A DNA stretch of 64,000 nucleotides from Bacteroidota bacterium (GCA_017860455.1 JAGDMF010000002.1:51814-115813); one strand, 5' to 3'. Shown: positions 48,506 through 58,947, counted from the first letter of the stretch. A program made the numbers and translations. Notes: generated by a model from the sequence alone, not told the origin.

Positions 48506-49381
48506 TTATCGGTTTATGATCACTTTTTGAGTGGAATTTCCTTGGTCAGATTTTACAGTAACAAAATAGATTCCATTACGGAAAGACTCCATATTGATCA
48601 CTTGTTTTGATGCTGTTACAGGTTCCTGAAGTAACACTTCTCCCAAAATATTAGTCACCATATAGGTACTTTTTCCATCAACAGGAAATAAATGGTCAAT
48701 AGTGATTTGATTAGTAGCCGGATTAGGATAAACTTGCATATTATTTACAGAAGCCTCATCAATTCCCACTACATTACCTTGAAATGCTACATTGTCAACA
48801 TATAGATAATCATTAATAGTAGGTTCATCACCACTACTGACAAAGGCGATTATGCAAGTATCAGGAGTTCTGGCATCTAAATAGGTTAATGGTAAGGAAA
48901 AATTAGTCCAACTCATCGCCATTCCGGTTAAAGTATATTCTAAAGAAGCAATTAATACCTGAGATTGAGTTTCCACATCCCATTTGGTCAATTGCACTAC
49001 AACCAATCCCTGACTCTGTCCAAAAATCATGTGTTGCCATTTTCCGGTTAAGTTAGCAGGTCTTCCGGTAAAAGGAAAACCACTAAGAATTTCATTATCA
49101 ATATCCATAGAACCACACATAGCATAACCTGGAAGGACAGCTATATCCATCATGTTTTTACTAGTCAATTTTAAAAAGTAATTTCCTGGATTTCCCGGAG
49201 ATCCTTTTTCACAAGTATAAATGCCAAGTTCATCTGTCATAGCATTATAGCTAGTCCAGGAAACAGGTTCTTCGTAATTTCCAGTAGTGGTCCAATCCTC
49301 AAAACTTCCATTAGGAATTTGAGAAAATAATGAAATACTACAAATAGTGGTTAAAACTAAGGTAATGTAAAATTTTTTCAT
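48506..49381 (-). CDS. T9SS type-A sorting domain protein
   Basis: QIPNGSFEDW N-domain; C-terminal VYPNPA...GIYFV......KVII. Confidence 0.88.
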   Translation of the reverse strand: MKKFYITLVLTTICSISLFSQIPNGSFEDWTTTGNYEEPVSWTSYNAMTDELGIYTCEKGSPGNPGNYFLKLTSKNMMDIAVLPGYAMCGSMDIDNEILSGFPFTGRPANLTGKWQHMIFGQSQGLVVVQLTKWDVETQSQVLIASLEYTLTGMAMSWTNFSLPLTYLDARTPDTCIIAFVSSGDEPTINDYLYVDNVAFQGNVVGIDEASVNNMQVYPNPATNQITIDHLFPVDGKSTYMVTNILGEVLLQEPVTASKQVINMESFRNGIYFVTVKSDQGNSTQKVIINR

Positions 49382-49452
49382 GTTTTTGCTTTTATTAAAA
49401 ATAGATCGCAAAAATATAGAAAAAAATGATTGAAAAGTAGAAATGAATCTAG

Positions 49453-50346
49453 CTAATCAGAAGATTTGATATGGATTATAAAATACCCTAACTTGTATAT
49501 ATTAAATAAAGTTACTGAACTTCCCCCTTTGCTTAAACCAGCCCTAATTATCGGATTAATGAGTTTAAAAACCGGTTTTAAAAAGGGTGCTAAAGCTTTA
49601 AATCGGAAATAGGTATTTAACAATGAGATGTTATGTATTAGTTCTTTCTTTATTTCTGTAAACTTAAGAATCTGGATTATATTATCCATTCCTTCTTCCG
49701 TCTTTGTTAAAAAAACTTCATTGGTTTCAATATCACCATTCAAAACAGGATTCTCAATATGTGTTATTGAGATCCCCTTTTTGGCTAACTCTATTCCAAA
49801 AAGAGTATCTTCATGTCCATATTTCGTCAACCGTTCATTAAATCTTAGTTCTTGGAATAACTCCTTTTTAATCAAAAAGTTATTCGTCATAAATGAACGA
49901 TTAGGATCTTTTTTTCTTTCTTCAACTCTTTTACTCTCTCTTTGAATTCCGTATTTCCAACGCAGTTGATGCTCTTGATCCGGTTTTTCCAAAGGATACA
50001 CTCTTCCCCCACAAACTACATCCGGGTGTTCAGAAATAATCGAAATATAGTTTTGTAAAAAATCGGATTGATGAATGATCGAATCACAATCTAAAAAGAG
50101 AAGATAAGAGAATGTTGCATATTGCAAAAAAAGATTTCTAATCCTGGCACGGCCTACATTCTCTGGTAATTCAATGTATTGATGATCACCAACTATTGTC
50201 CTGTAATACTCTTTATAGGAATCATCTGAATGATCATCGATCAGTATTAACTCACACGGAATAGACAATTTTTCCATTTGTCTTTGAAGCTCGATAATCA
50301 AACCGGTGGCATCAAAATTAAACAAAGGAATACAAATCGTGATCAT
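49453..50346 (-). CDS. Glycosyltransferase family 2
   Basis: ICIP.FN, IDD.S, N.GR..IRN, FLDCD, YGHED. Confidence 0.9.
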   Translation of the reverse strand: MITICIPLFNFDATGLIIELQRQMEKLSIPCELILIDDHSDDSYKEYYRTIVGDHQYIELPENVGRARIRNLFLQYATFSYLLFLDCDSIIHQSDFLQNYISIISEHPDVVCGGRVYPLEKPDQEHQLRWKYGIQRESKRVEERKKDPNRSFMTNNFLIKKELFQELRFNERLTKYGHEDTLFGIELAKKGISITHIENPVLNGDIETNEVFLTKTEEGMDNIIQILKFTEIKKELIHNISLLNTYFRFKALAPFLKPVFKLINPIIRAGLSKGGSSVTLFNIYKLGYFIIHIKSSD

Positions 50347-51626
50347 TTTTGCATTTGAATAAAGGTGGATACCTGCTCTAATGGTTTTGAAATATCTTTT
50401 CCACTCGGTTGTTGGTAAATATCAAGATCAAAATAAAGAGCCGCAGCTAAAATGTGATCAAAAATGTTGGCTAAAATATCTTCGTAGGCTGCCCATTCTG
50501 TTGTACTGGTAAAACAATAAATCTCAATGGGAACACCCCTGTCTTCAATTGGCATCTGTCTGACCATCAATGACATATCTTTTCGAATATCTGCCCTATT
50601 GGTGATATAATTTTCAATATATTTTCTGAAAACTCCGAGATTGGTCATCCTTCTTCCATTGATCACTTCTGATGTGTCTATCTGATTTTGAATATTATAA
50701 AGATCAATCTCTTCCTGTCTTTCGTTAATGTAATCGGTTAAAAGGTGGATTTTCTTGTATCTTTCACGGGTTTCCTGATCAATAAATTTAACGGTATGCA
50801 CATTGATATAGACTGATCTTTTGATTCTTCGGCCCCCACTCTCTTTCATGGATCTCCAGTTTTTAAAACTTTCTGTCATAAAATGGTGTGTAGGCACGGA
50901 AGAGATCGTTTTATCCCAGTTTTGAATCTTAACTGTATTCAAATTAATCATGATCACTTCACCATCAGCATTGAATTTGGGCATTTCGATCCAGTCGCCC
51001 ACCCGAACGGTGTCACTGGTAGCCATTTGAACACTCGCTACCAAACCCAATATGGTGTCTTTAAAAATCAATAACAGAATGGCGGTCATCGCTCCAAATG
51101 CACCCAAGAAAACAGCAGGAGATTTTCCCAGAATAATAGATAAGATCAACACACCTGTAGCGATATAAACAATAATTCTGATCAACTGAAAATAACTAGA
51201 TATCGGTTTATCTTTGAATGCTGTTGTTTTTGACAATCCATACTCACTCACTTTTAAGAAAGAGTTAATGATGGTCACAAAAACAATGATTAAATAGGAG
51301 TCTGTAATTTTAATCACGTATGGAAGTCCAGCTTTAAAATCCTCAAAAATCATTTGCGCAAAACCCCGGACTATAAAAGCAGGAACCAAATGGGCTACAT
51401 TATTAAAAACCTGAAATTTGACCAAAGCATCGTCCCATTTAAAACTGGTTTTCAAAAAGAATTTATATATTCCTTTGATTACCAAGTGCTTCATGATCCA
51501 AAATACGATCAAAGCCAATAACCCAACAGCAACTAATAGGATCATTAACCGAAAATAGATTGCTGCATCAACACCAACACCCCATCTGTGGAGCAAAAAT
51601 TCTAACCAATGTTCAATATATTTCAT
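50343..51626 (-). CDS. MscS-family mechanosensitive channel (YbdG-like)
   Basis: GA..AILLLIFKDTILG.VAS.Q, GDWI.MPK..ADG.V, VK.QNWDKT, GGRRIKRS. Confidence 0.92.
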   Translation of the reverse strand: MKYIEHWLEFLLHRWGVGVDAAIYFRLMILLVAVGLLALIVFWIMKHLVIKGIYKFFLKTSFKWDDALVKFQVFNNVAHLVPAFIVRGFAQMIFEDFKAGLPYVIKITDSYLIIVFVTIINSFLKVSEYGLSKTTAFKDKPISSYFQLIRIIVYIATGVLILSIILGKSPAVFLGAFGAMTAILLLIFKDTILGLVASVQMATSDTVRVGDWIEMPKFNADGEVIMINLNTVKIQNWDKTISSVPTHHFMTESFKNWRSMKESGGRRIKRSVYINVHTVKFIDQETRERYKKIHLLTDYINERQEEIDLYNIQNQIDTSEVINGRRMTNLGVFRKYIENYITNRADIRKDMSLMVRQMPIEDRGVPIEIYCFTSTTEWAAYEDILANIFDHILAAALYFDLDIYQQPSGKDISKPLEQVSTFIQMQK

Positions 51627-51663
51627 AAATTAAAACTATTAATACGCAAAAATACGAAATAAA

Positions 51664-51902
51664 GTAACAGGTTACAGGTAGCAGGTAACAAATAATAGGT
51701 AACAAATAATAGGTAGCAGGTTACAGGTAGCAGGTAACAAATAATAGGTAACAAATAATAGGTAGCAGGTTACAGGTAGCAGGTAACAATTAAAATTAAA
51801 AATGAATAGTGAATAATGAATAATGAATAATGAATAATTGAGCACATGAGCACATTGAGAATTCGAGCATTCGAGCAATCGAGCATTCGAGCATTCGAGC
51901 AC
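51664..51902. repeat. Composite array: (caggtaa)n + (aatgaat)n + (gagcattc)n
   Basis: Read directly; 51800-51902 is the reverse complement of the composite at 55842-55912. Confidence 0.9.
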
Positions 51903-51913
51903 ACGATATTGTC

Positions 51914-53236
51914 TTATTTTTGGGAGATTAGGGAGTCTGCTTTTTGGATCACTTTTTGTTTGGTGTCACTGATGACATTGATAATTTGATACTTATTTCC
52001 TTTAAGTAATGTGTTTATCCGCCACTGAAACTGGGAAATAGTGGTCTCAGTTCCGGAGTCGTACCACCAGGCGGAGTATAAAACATGCTCCCCTTTGGTT
52101 AGCTCTCCAAAATAAACATTTTGATTTCCAACTTTTATAATCTCCTCTTTTTTAATTGTATAGCCACTCCCTTTCCAACATATAAGCGGCGTATGATCAG
52201 AGGAATAAAAAGGTCTGGATGGTTTGATGTAAATCAAATAATCAGCATTACTCAATTTTAAAACACCATGTTCTTCAACACTACAACTGAAATGGGTTGT
52301 CCATCCTGAAGGAATCTTCGCTTTTGTAAGAGTTTCATTTTCTTTCTTTCCGGGAATGATAACAGCCATCAAAAAAAGAACGGCTGTTATCATCCCAATT
52401 CCAAAGTGTATTTTTTTATTGACGTTTTTTATTGCTTTTTCTACCCTAAATGAATCCCGAAATGGAAATTTTTTAATGATAAACCAAAGAGGAATAGCAA
52501 CATACGCTATAAAACAGATGATCCCGATCAGATCATGAGAAAAAGTTTCCGGTTTGGATTGTAAAAAAGTGATCAATATAATTCTAAAAAGATTGGATAC
52601 AATATCTAAAATATAAGTGATCCCCAAAATGATGATAATCGCAATAAACGAGTAGTTATATTTTTTGATTCTGTGAAAATAGGTGATCAATAATAACGCA
52701 GTAAAAAAGGAGAGTATCACCATTTTAAGCCCCATACATTCCGGATCTACATGAAACTCCTTTTCTCCGATTAGGATTATATTACCGGAATAACTATATT
52801 GGGAATCAATAAGATGCAATAACTGAGCAGCCACTTTGGTGAGGGTTAACCGCAACTCAAACCCGACCACTTCTGTTAAAAAAATGACTAACGGCGAGAC
52901 AATCACCATCAAAAAAAGGGGCACCGAATTTAGCTTTCCGTAAAAGGATTCGAAAATAAAAAAAAGGGCACAAATAAAGGCAAAAAAGTATAGTGTACTA
53001 AATGAAAACCAAAAATAGAACCCTAAAAGTACAATGGACACAATGCCATATCTGTATGATTTCTGAGCCGACTCCCTGTAAATGACAAAAGGGAGTATCA
53101 TCAGTAACAGAATAAAATTTAAGTCAAATCTAAAATAGAAGGCTAATTTTGAAAAAGAGAGTAGTGTTAACACCCCTATCAACAAGAGTGTTAACACTAA
53201 TTTTTTCTCCAATATTTTGGGAATCGACACACCCAT
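51914..53236 (-). CDS. xrtN: Exosortase N
   Basis: Multi-TM exosortase with Cys (ECMG), Arg (NLFR) and His (HD) triad, C-terminal H.P..CW.GSGY domain; adjacent to a VIT/VPEP substrate. Confidence 0.85.
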   Translation of the reverse strand: MGVSIPKILEKKLVLTLLLIGVLTLLSFSKLAFYFRFDLNFILLLMILPFVIYRESAQKSYRYGIVSIVLLGFYFWFSFSTLYFFAFICALFFIFESFYGKLNSVPLFLMVIVSPLVIFLTEVVGFELRLTLTKVAAQLLHLIDSQYSYSGNIILIGEKEFHVDPECMGLKMVILSFFTALLLITYFHRIKKYNYSFIAIIIILGITYILDIVSNLFRIILITFLQSKPETFSHDLIGIICFIAYVAIPLWFIIKKFPFRDSFRVEKAIKNVNKKIHFGIGMITAVLFLMAVIIPGKKENETLTKAKIPSGWTTHFSCSVEEHGVLKLSNADYLIYIKPSRPFYSSDHTPLICWKGSGYTIKKEEIIKVGNQNVYFGELTKGEHVLYSAWWYDSGTETTISQFQWRINTLLKGNKYQIINVISDTKQKVIQKADSLISQK

Positions 53237-53238
53237 TT

Positions 53239-55749
53239 TTAAACTTTAAATGATTTACTCTTCACAAAAACAAAAATTCCTATTCCAACAAAAACCAAAA
53301 TTAAGGCCCATTCATGAGGTTCAGGAACAGCCCCTGAGGATTCCATTGACGCATTTTTTAGGCTATTTTTATTTTCATCAATTCCAAACCGATCATAATC
53401 ATTTTTGGTTTCTAAAACCACTAAGCTTGAAACCGGTGAAACAACGTAAGCTTCATTGGCCATAGAGATAAGATGTTGATTAAAAGCATACTCTTTATTG
53501 AGATAATCTTTTCCCAATTCCTGCATAATCTTATTATAGGCATACAATCTTAACAGATGGTCCGGTGCTTTGGAAACACCACAGTTTTCCTTAGATGAGA
53601 TGATCATTTGAGCATTTTCCAAAATTACCGTGTTACTATCCACTTTATTGATTCTAAAAGTTTGGTCATTGATCATTTGAGCTAATGTTGCCATATTCCC
53701 GGAATAAAAATGGAAAACCTGTAGCTCTTTTAATGATTTGATATAGTTTGAAGAGTTATTTCCCAATTGAAAAATGTTGATTTTACTCTCCTTATTTTTT
53801 AAATATGTTGCTAAGTTATTTAAAAATTTTGAATCTTCAAGATCATTCAGATTGGGTGAGTTTAAGGTTGATTTGGAGATCACAAGAGTATGAGCAGCGT
53901 TTGGAATTTTATAAAATGGGAATAACGAAAAGTTCTTTTTTACAAATTGATCAAAAATAGCAGCTTCATTGTCCGGCGTAATCTGAATAATTTGATCCTG
54001 AATAACAAACACTTTTTTTCCTTTTAAAAGTGTAACAACCTGATAATATTCATCTTCACTCCAGCTGCGATTCAAATCTAAAAATAGTGTATCCGGATGA
54101 AAGGGAATGATCTCTTTTGGAAGTTGAGAAACCGTATAGGAATGATCCTGAAATGAAAAGGGTTGACTAGATAATGGAGTCGCTTTACATTTCAATTCCC
54201 AGTACGGAATATAGGTTCCGGAATATAAATAATCGTTATTGATCTCTTTCTCAAAAGATTCAGGAAGTTGAATCTCTTTAACATCATGTTCAGATTCAAA
54301 CTCAATTTTTGTTGTTTCATCAATCTTCTTTATAGTGGGACCCTCAAAATAGATGTTGGGAAGTATTAAATAGCCATTTTCGTAAGTCAGAGGGGAAGTG
54401 ATTCCAATTTTAAACCTCCGATTTTCTTTAGGCGTACATGGAAAAACGGTAACAGTCAACCGATTTCCCTCTTGCCAGTGCATGATTGATGGATCTCGAT
54501 TTTCAACGCCAACAATTTGCACATAAGCACTATCTGCTTTCTCTTTTGAACTCAACCTCGATTTTTCCTCTTTTCCGTTAATCCACAATGACAACGATGA
54601 AGCCACAGATCCTTCCGGCAAATAAAAAGTGTACGCAGCCTCCTCATTTTCAAAATCATAAGAAGAATAATTTTTTACAGTTATAATTTTTTCCATATAA
54701 GCCATTCTATAATCGGGAAACACTTTAATATGATTTAAAACTTCAATGGTTCCTAAATCTTCACTTGACCACAACTTTCTTTGTGCCAGGTGGCGGGCAT
54801 CAAACTGAGATTTCAAAATTTTAATTCTGGTATTTTCATCCAAATTCAGATCTCCAAAAAATGCTAATCCAATATTTATCAATGGATTATGTTCTTTACT
54901 TTCCCCAAACAGGGTTCTATCAAATCCCCAAAAAGAGTTTTGAAAAGTTTCATAAAAAAGATCTCCTTTGATAATCGTTTGTGTAAAAGAATCATCAGAA
55001 ATATCCTGACAAAACAACACCCACTCGGGCAAACTGGTATCGGGTCTGGTAACAATCGAAGCCGATGATTTGGTGATCTCTTTTTGAACATCGCTCCATT
55101 GAAACAAAAAACCGGCGATGACGATCAGAGGAACCATAATTCCGGAATAAAAAGCCAGATGGTCGGTCCACGATTTTTTCATTCGAACAAAATAGTAAAT
55201 AATATGACCTGAGATAATCAAAGGAACTAAAAAAAGCATCCCTAATCCCAGCAATAGGATCGCAATTAACGCAACTAAATACCAGGGAGCCAGATAGATT
55301 GAAAAATAAAGCGTTAAAATCAGACTTACGCCTAAAATAAAAAACTCCACAAATCTAAGATAGGGATTCATTTTCTCAATAAAAAGGAGTCCGATCAGGG
55401 AAATAAACATGATCACAATTAACAGGTAGGTCCACCAAACAAAAGTTGCAAAAATGGGAATAGACAGGTTCAGGGTAAAGCAACAGATCGCAAAATGAAC
55501 TAAAGAGATGATCAGCAGTTTTTTATCGATTTTCAGAAACTTATAGAAGGGTGTATTCGAAAAAACAACGTTAATGAAATAAGTGAGAGAAAAAATAAAA
55601 GAAAAAATAGGAATAACGAGTGCTTCTTCGAAGTTGGGTCTGTTCGCTTTAATCAGGAAATGAATCACAAAAAAAACGATTAAAACCGGGATTAAGATCA
55701 ACCCAAACATAAATAATTTTCGGGGTCTTTGGTGTTTTTGATTCTCCAT
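53239..55749 (-). CDS. XrtN-system VIT domain protein with a PEP-CTERM-like sorting signal
   Basis: N-terminal TM bundle, VIT domain (EA.Y.F.LPEGSV.SSLSLWING, RDP), C-terminal VPEPHEW + TM + basic residues. Confidence 0.85.
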   Translation of the reverse strand: MENQKHQRPRKLFMFGLILIPVLIVFFVIHFLIKANRPNFEEALVIPIFSFIFSLTYFINVVFSNTPFYKFLKIDKKLLIISLVHFAICCFTLNLSIPIFATFVWWTYLLIVIMFISLIGLLFIEKMNPYLRFVEFFILGVSLILTLYFSIYLAPWYLVALIAILLLGLGMLFLVPLIISGHIIYYFVRMKKSWTDHLAFYSGIMVPLIVIAGFLFQWSDVQKEITKSSASIVTRPDTSLPEWVLFCQDISDDSFTQTIIKGDLFYETFQNSFWGFDRTLFGESKEHNPLINIGLAFFGDLNLDENTRIKILKSQFDARHLAQRKLWSSEDLGTIEVLNHIKVFPDYRMAYMEKIITVKNYSSYDFENEEAAYTFYLPEGSVASSLSLWINGKEEKSRLSSKEKADSAYVQIVGVENRDPSIMHWQEGNRLTVTVFPCTPKENRRFKIGITSPLTYENGYLILPNIYFEGPTIKKIDETTKIEFESEHDVKEIQLPESFEKEINNDYLYSGTYIPYWELKCKATPLSSQPFSFQDHSYTVSQLPKEIIPFHPDTLFLDLNRSWSEDEYYQVVTLLKGKKVFVIQDQIIQITPDNEAAIFDQFVKKNFSLFPFYKIPNAAHTLVISKSTLNSPNLNDLEDSKFLNNLATYLKNKESKINIFQLGNNSSNYIKSLKELQVFHFYSGNMATLAQMINDQTFRINKVDSNTVILENAQMIISSKENCGVSKAPDHLLRLYAYNKIMQELGKDYLNKEYAFNQHLISMANEAYVVSPVSSLVVLETKNDYDRFGIDENKNSLKNASMESSGAVPEPHEWALILVFVGIGIFVFVKSKSFKV

Positions 55750-55828
55750 ACGATATGATTTTAAAAGAATAATAACGGAATGAAAATTAAAATAGTTTAG
55801 GAATTTTTAAATTTAACTTTCTTTAATA

Positions 55829-55953
55829 TGTCGATAGTCGAGTGCTCGAATGCTCAATTGCTCGAATGCTCGAATGCTCAATTATTCATTATTCATTATT
55901 CATTATTCATTAATAATTAGCTTATTATCTTATTATCACATTAGCTTATTAAT
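55829..55953. repeat. Composite array: (gctcgaat)n + (ttcatta)n + (attagctt/attatcac)n
   Basis: Read directly; same module order as 57478-57560 and 63385-63470. Confidence 0.88.
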
Positions 55954-55954
55954 G

Positions 55955-56168
55955 AGGGCATTCCCCTTTGGCTTCGCTCAACCCAATCCAAAACCCATCG
56001 AATACAAACCCCGTCGCTTGCCAAAGGGTCGGCCTCCCGCTTCAAGTCCGCAGGTATAAGCCGAGTGACTACATGGTCGTAAAAGGAGCTCACAGGCTCG
56101 CTCTTTTACTCCCTGCATCACTACGGCTTCTACCTTTACGGGCTTTCTCGCTTCCGGCCTAATGCGAA
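55955..56168 (-). ncRNA. Structured repeat/RNA element, copy 2 (Flavo-1-like)
   Basis: Minus strand reads ttcgcattagg...cgaccctttggc..gccaaaggggaatgccct; homologous to 57730-57938. Confidence 0.5.
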
Positions 56169-56175
56169 CTTTTTC

Positions 56176-56368
56176 ATGGTGTCGGCGTTTCGATACGAAG
56201 CTATTTATTTCTTCGTTTCTTTAAGACATCGTTAGAGCGCTTCTACTCAACGACCTTAGAGGAGTGGGTATGTTGCTCAAATCCAAGGTCGCTGAGTAGA
56301 AACCGCAAAATAATACTTAATTTAAAAAATAAGACAAAACAGGTTTCGTATCGAAGCGCCGGTGCCAT
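56176..56368. repeat. Nested REP-like palindrome pair
   Basis: ggcgtttcgatacgaa...ttcgtatcgaagcgcc enclosing ttctactcaacgacctt...aaggtcgctgagtagaa. Confidence 0.8.
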
Positions 56369-56486
56369 CATTTATTTTTAACTGCCAAACTATTAACGAT
56401 TACCCGACGAAACCATCCCGCTCCAGAGGTGCGTTATATTTGTATGAGCATGTCTGCAGCCCGCCGACCGCAGTCCGCAGACTTTT

Positions 56487-57023
56487 CAACCTCGAAGAGG
56501 TTTCAGATTAGTAACCGTAGGTTGGCGAAGCTACCTGCGGCAAAATGAACTAGCCCGACAAACTACTACCTCGAAGAGGTTGCAGAAAGTAAATAAAAAT
56601 TCACTATCTTTGCCCCGTCATTTTTTGACTAACCACGTGATATGCGTGCGGGGGGCAAGCCTTTCGAGTAACTACCCCATTAAACCTTTACAAGTAAATT
56701 GGATTGTAGTTTCAGTGGGTGTTGTAGAGGTTTTTTTCATTATTATTAATCGTGTAACTTTTCTATTTTTTTCCATACCATTGGAGTGAAATGTATATCG
56801 AAACAGCTCCACACGAGCCATTGTACGACCCCGGCCGGGGTCGTACCGCTTTCCGTCGCCACATCATTGCTATAGACATGCAATCCCTCCGGGATTGGGG
56901 GCAATTTAAATAATTCTTCTTTTTTTCTGCAACCCCTTCGGGGTAGTAGTTAGTCGGGGGGGAACATCCATCCGTAGGTAGCTTCGCCAACCTACGGTTA
57001 TTCACATGCAACCCTTTGGGTTG
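56487..57023. repeat. Inverted pair of ~100-bp REP-like elements (56487-56588 and 56924-57023) with another palindrome (56791-56897) between them
   Basis: taaccgtaggttggcgaagctacct..gg..actactacc.cgaag.ggttgcagaaa present in both orientations; tacgaccccggccggggtcgta and caatccctccgggattg hairpins inside. Confidence 0.85.
56617..56737 (+). ncRNA. Candidate small RNA or leader bounded by a -7 promoter and a terminator
   Basis: tatctttg at 56605-56612; aaacctttacaa/ttgtagaggttt stem plus T-run at 56682-56737; no convincing downstream CDS. Confidence 0.4.
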
Positions 57024-57477
57024 TGCTCAGGGGCGTAGCTCTGGTATCTTCGTAGCAAGAGGGATTCACATCATATTCCAAAGGGGCGTTAGCCCTGATA
57101 TCTTCATTATTCATTACGTTTCGGAGCCAGTGCGTAGGCAAGGCCACAAATAATTTAACATTTAACATTTAACAATTGAAAGATCAAGTAACAGGAAACA
57201 GGTAACAGATAACAGGTAAGGGGGATCAGGTAAAAATATGTAATTAAATAAAATAAACGTTAAAAGAAGCCTCTAAATGCAATTATTTATACAAAGTCTG
57301 TACTCCATTGTCAGAACAGCCATTGATTTTTTGTTTCTTTTTGATCAAGCAAAAAGAAAGTAAAAGAAAAGAAAGATGCAACCCTGCGGGTTGTAAAGGT
57401 TGCGGTGGCATCATTCGTCCGTAAGCTGCGCAAGCTTGCAAATGAAAAAGACTACGGACTACGGACCACAGACTTTC

Positions 57478-57657
57478 AGAATGCTCGAATGCTCATGTGC
57501 TCAATGTGCTCATGTGCTCATGTGCTCAATTTTTCATTATTCATTTTTCATTATTCATTTATAAATAGAACACAGATGCCGCTGATTTTCAAACACGGAT
57601 TTAAATGGATCGGTTTTATCCGCGTTGCGAAAGCATCCGTTTTATCCGCGTTCCATT
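57478..57657. repeat. Octamer/heptamer composite followed by a ggaacgcggat-family IR cassette
   Basis: (gtgctcat/gctcgaat)n(ttcatta)n, then gaacacagat..tttcaaacacggat...atccgcgttcc. Confidence 0.8.
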
Positions 57658-57729
57658 TTTAAGTAATTACCGGCAAACTAAAAAAAAACTGAAACCTGAA
57701 ACCTGATAGCTGATAGCTGACAACTCCCT

Positions 57730-57938
57730 GCGTTAGCTCGAAGGCCAAGTACCCCACAGTTGGGACACTTAGCAGACCACCGGCAGATAGAGCGAGCTTG
57801 TGAGCTCCTATATGCCGGATGGACTGCTTGGTGGACCAGCGAGGAGTACAGGCCGGAGAGCGACCCTTTGGCTAGCGACGGTGTAAATAGAAAATTGACT
57901 GAGAAATTGGATTGAGCGCAGCCAAAGGGGAACGCCCT
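57730..57938 (+). ncRNA. Structured repeat/RNA element, copy 3 (Flavo-1-like)
   Basis: gcgttag...agagcgagcttgtgagctcct...cgaccctttggc..gccaaaggggaacgccct; terminal GCGTT/AACGC pairing. Confidence 0.5.
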
Positions 57939-58033
57939 GAAAAAAAGACGGCAGACAGCAGATGGCAGACAGCAGACGAACTGTCAATGCCTAAAAATGG
58001 TTGACCGTTTGTTTACTTGTTTTTGGCATATTA

Positions 58034-58930
58034 TCACTGGTTGAGTTGTCCTTGTTGGGGGAGCTCAGAGCTTGGTCTTGCTTGGGCTAGCCCAAGACCA
58101 AGCTCTGAGCTGGGTTCCAAAAATTTTGAAGATTTTTTTTCTTCGGGGTTTTGGTTTTGCAAATATATACTTTTTTCGAATGAAATTGGTGTCATCCTTT
58201 GTAGCTCAATATGAGGCTTGTCGTGGTTATAAAGGTACACTGATCGGTCAACTTCTTTCTCTAATGTCTCATAATTGGTGATCGTTCTAAAACGTAAGTA
58301 GTTGTTCTTAATCACACCATTAATTCTTTCTGCTTTTCCATTTTCCCATGGGGCAACACACATACTATGTTTGAAGTTTTTAGTCAGTTCTAAAAACTCT
58401 TTTGCATAGTACTGTCCACCACCATCTGAATGAAATATTAAATCACTTAGATCTTCCCCTTTGCGAAACTTTAATGCTTTTTTTAAAGCGGCTATTACAG
58501 TTTGTTCTGTCGTTAATCTCTTTGAAACAGAATATCCTACAATTACTCTTGAAAAAGCATCTATAATAAAAGTAATGAAGTAATAACGGCCATTTATGTC
58601 GTAGTAGGTGATATCAGATTGCCATACTTGATTAATCCTGGTTATCTCTAAATTTTCGATTAAATTATCAAAGCGGATTACTCCTTTACTATCAGTAGTA
58701 TGAATAAATCGCTTTTTTCTCTTGAGCATTAATCCTACAAGCCTACACAATTCTTCAAATTTATCTCGCCCTAGACAATAGGGAAGCTTTTTAAAATAGA
58801 TATCCCTTATACCCATACTGGGATGATCCTTCCTGACTTCGAAAACAATATTCTTTATAAAAAGAATATTCTCCTTTTTCATATTGTCTCGTTGAATGAT
58901 TTTATATACTGCTTGTTTGCTGATTTTCAT
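58034..58930 (-). CDS. IS3 transposase OrfB (rve/DDE)
   Basis: WQSDITY, IDAFSR.IVG, HSDGGGQY, ENG.AERIN...K; the frame is open upstream to the slippery site. Confidence 0.93.
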   Translation of the reverse strand: MKISKQAVYKIIQRDNMKKENILFIKNIVFEVRKDHPSMGIRDIYFKKLPYCLGRDKFEELCRLVGLMLKRKKRFIHTTDSKGVIRFDNLIENLEITRINQVWQSDITYYDINGRYYFITFIIDAFSRVIVGYSVSKRLTTEQTVIAALKKALKFRKGEDLSDLIFHSDGGGQYYAKEFLELTKNFKHSMCVAPWENGKAERINGVIKNNYLRFRTITNYETLEKEVDRSVYLYNHDKPHIELQRMTPISFEKSIYLQNQNPEEKKSSKFLEPSSELGLGLAQARPSSELPQQGQLNQ

Positions 58931-58947
58931 AGCTTTATAAAGTTCAT

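Noticed and set aside
55968-57011. Short ORFs in the repeat hub (55968-56162, 56580-56789, 56763-57011)
   Set aside because: They overlap palindromic repeats, have atypical composition and show no protein motifs.
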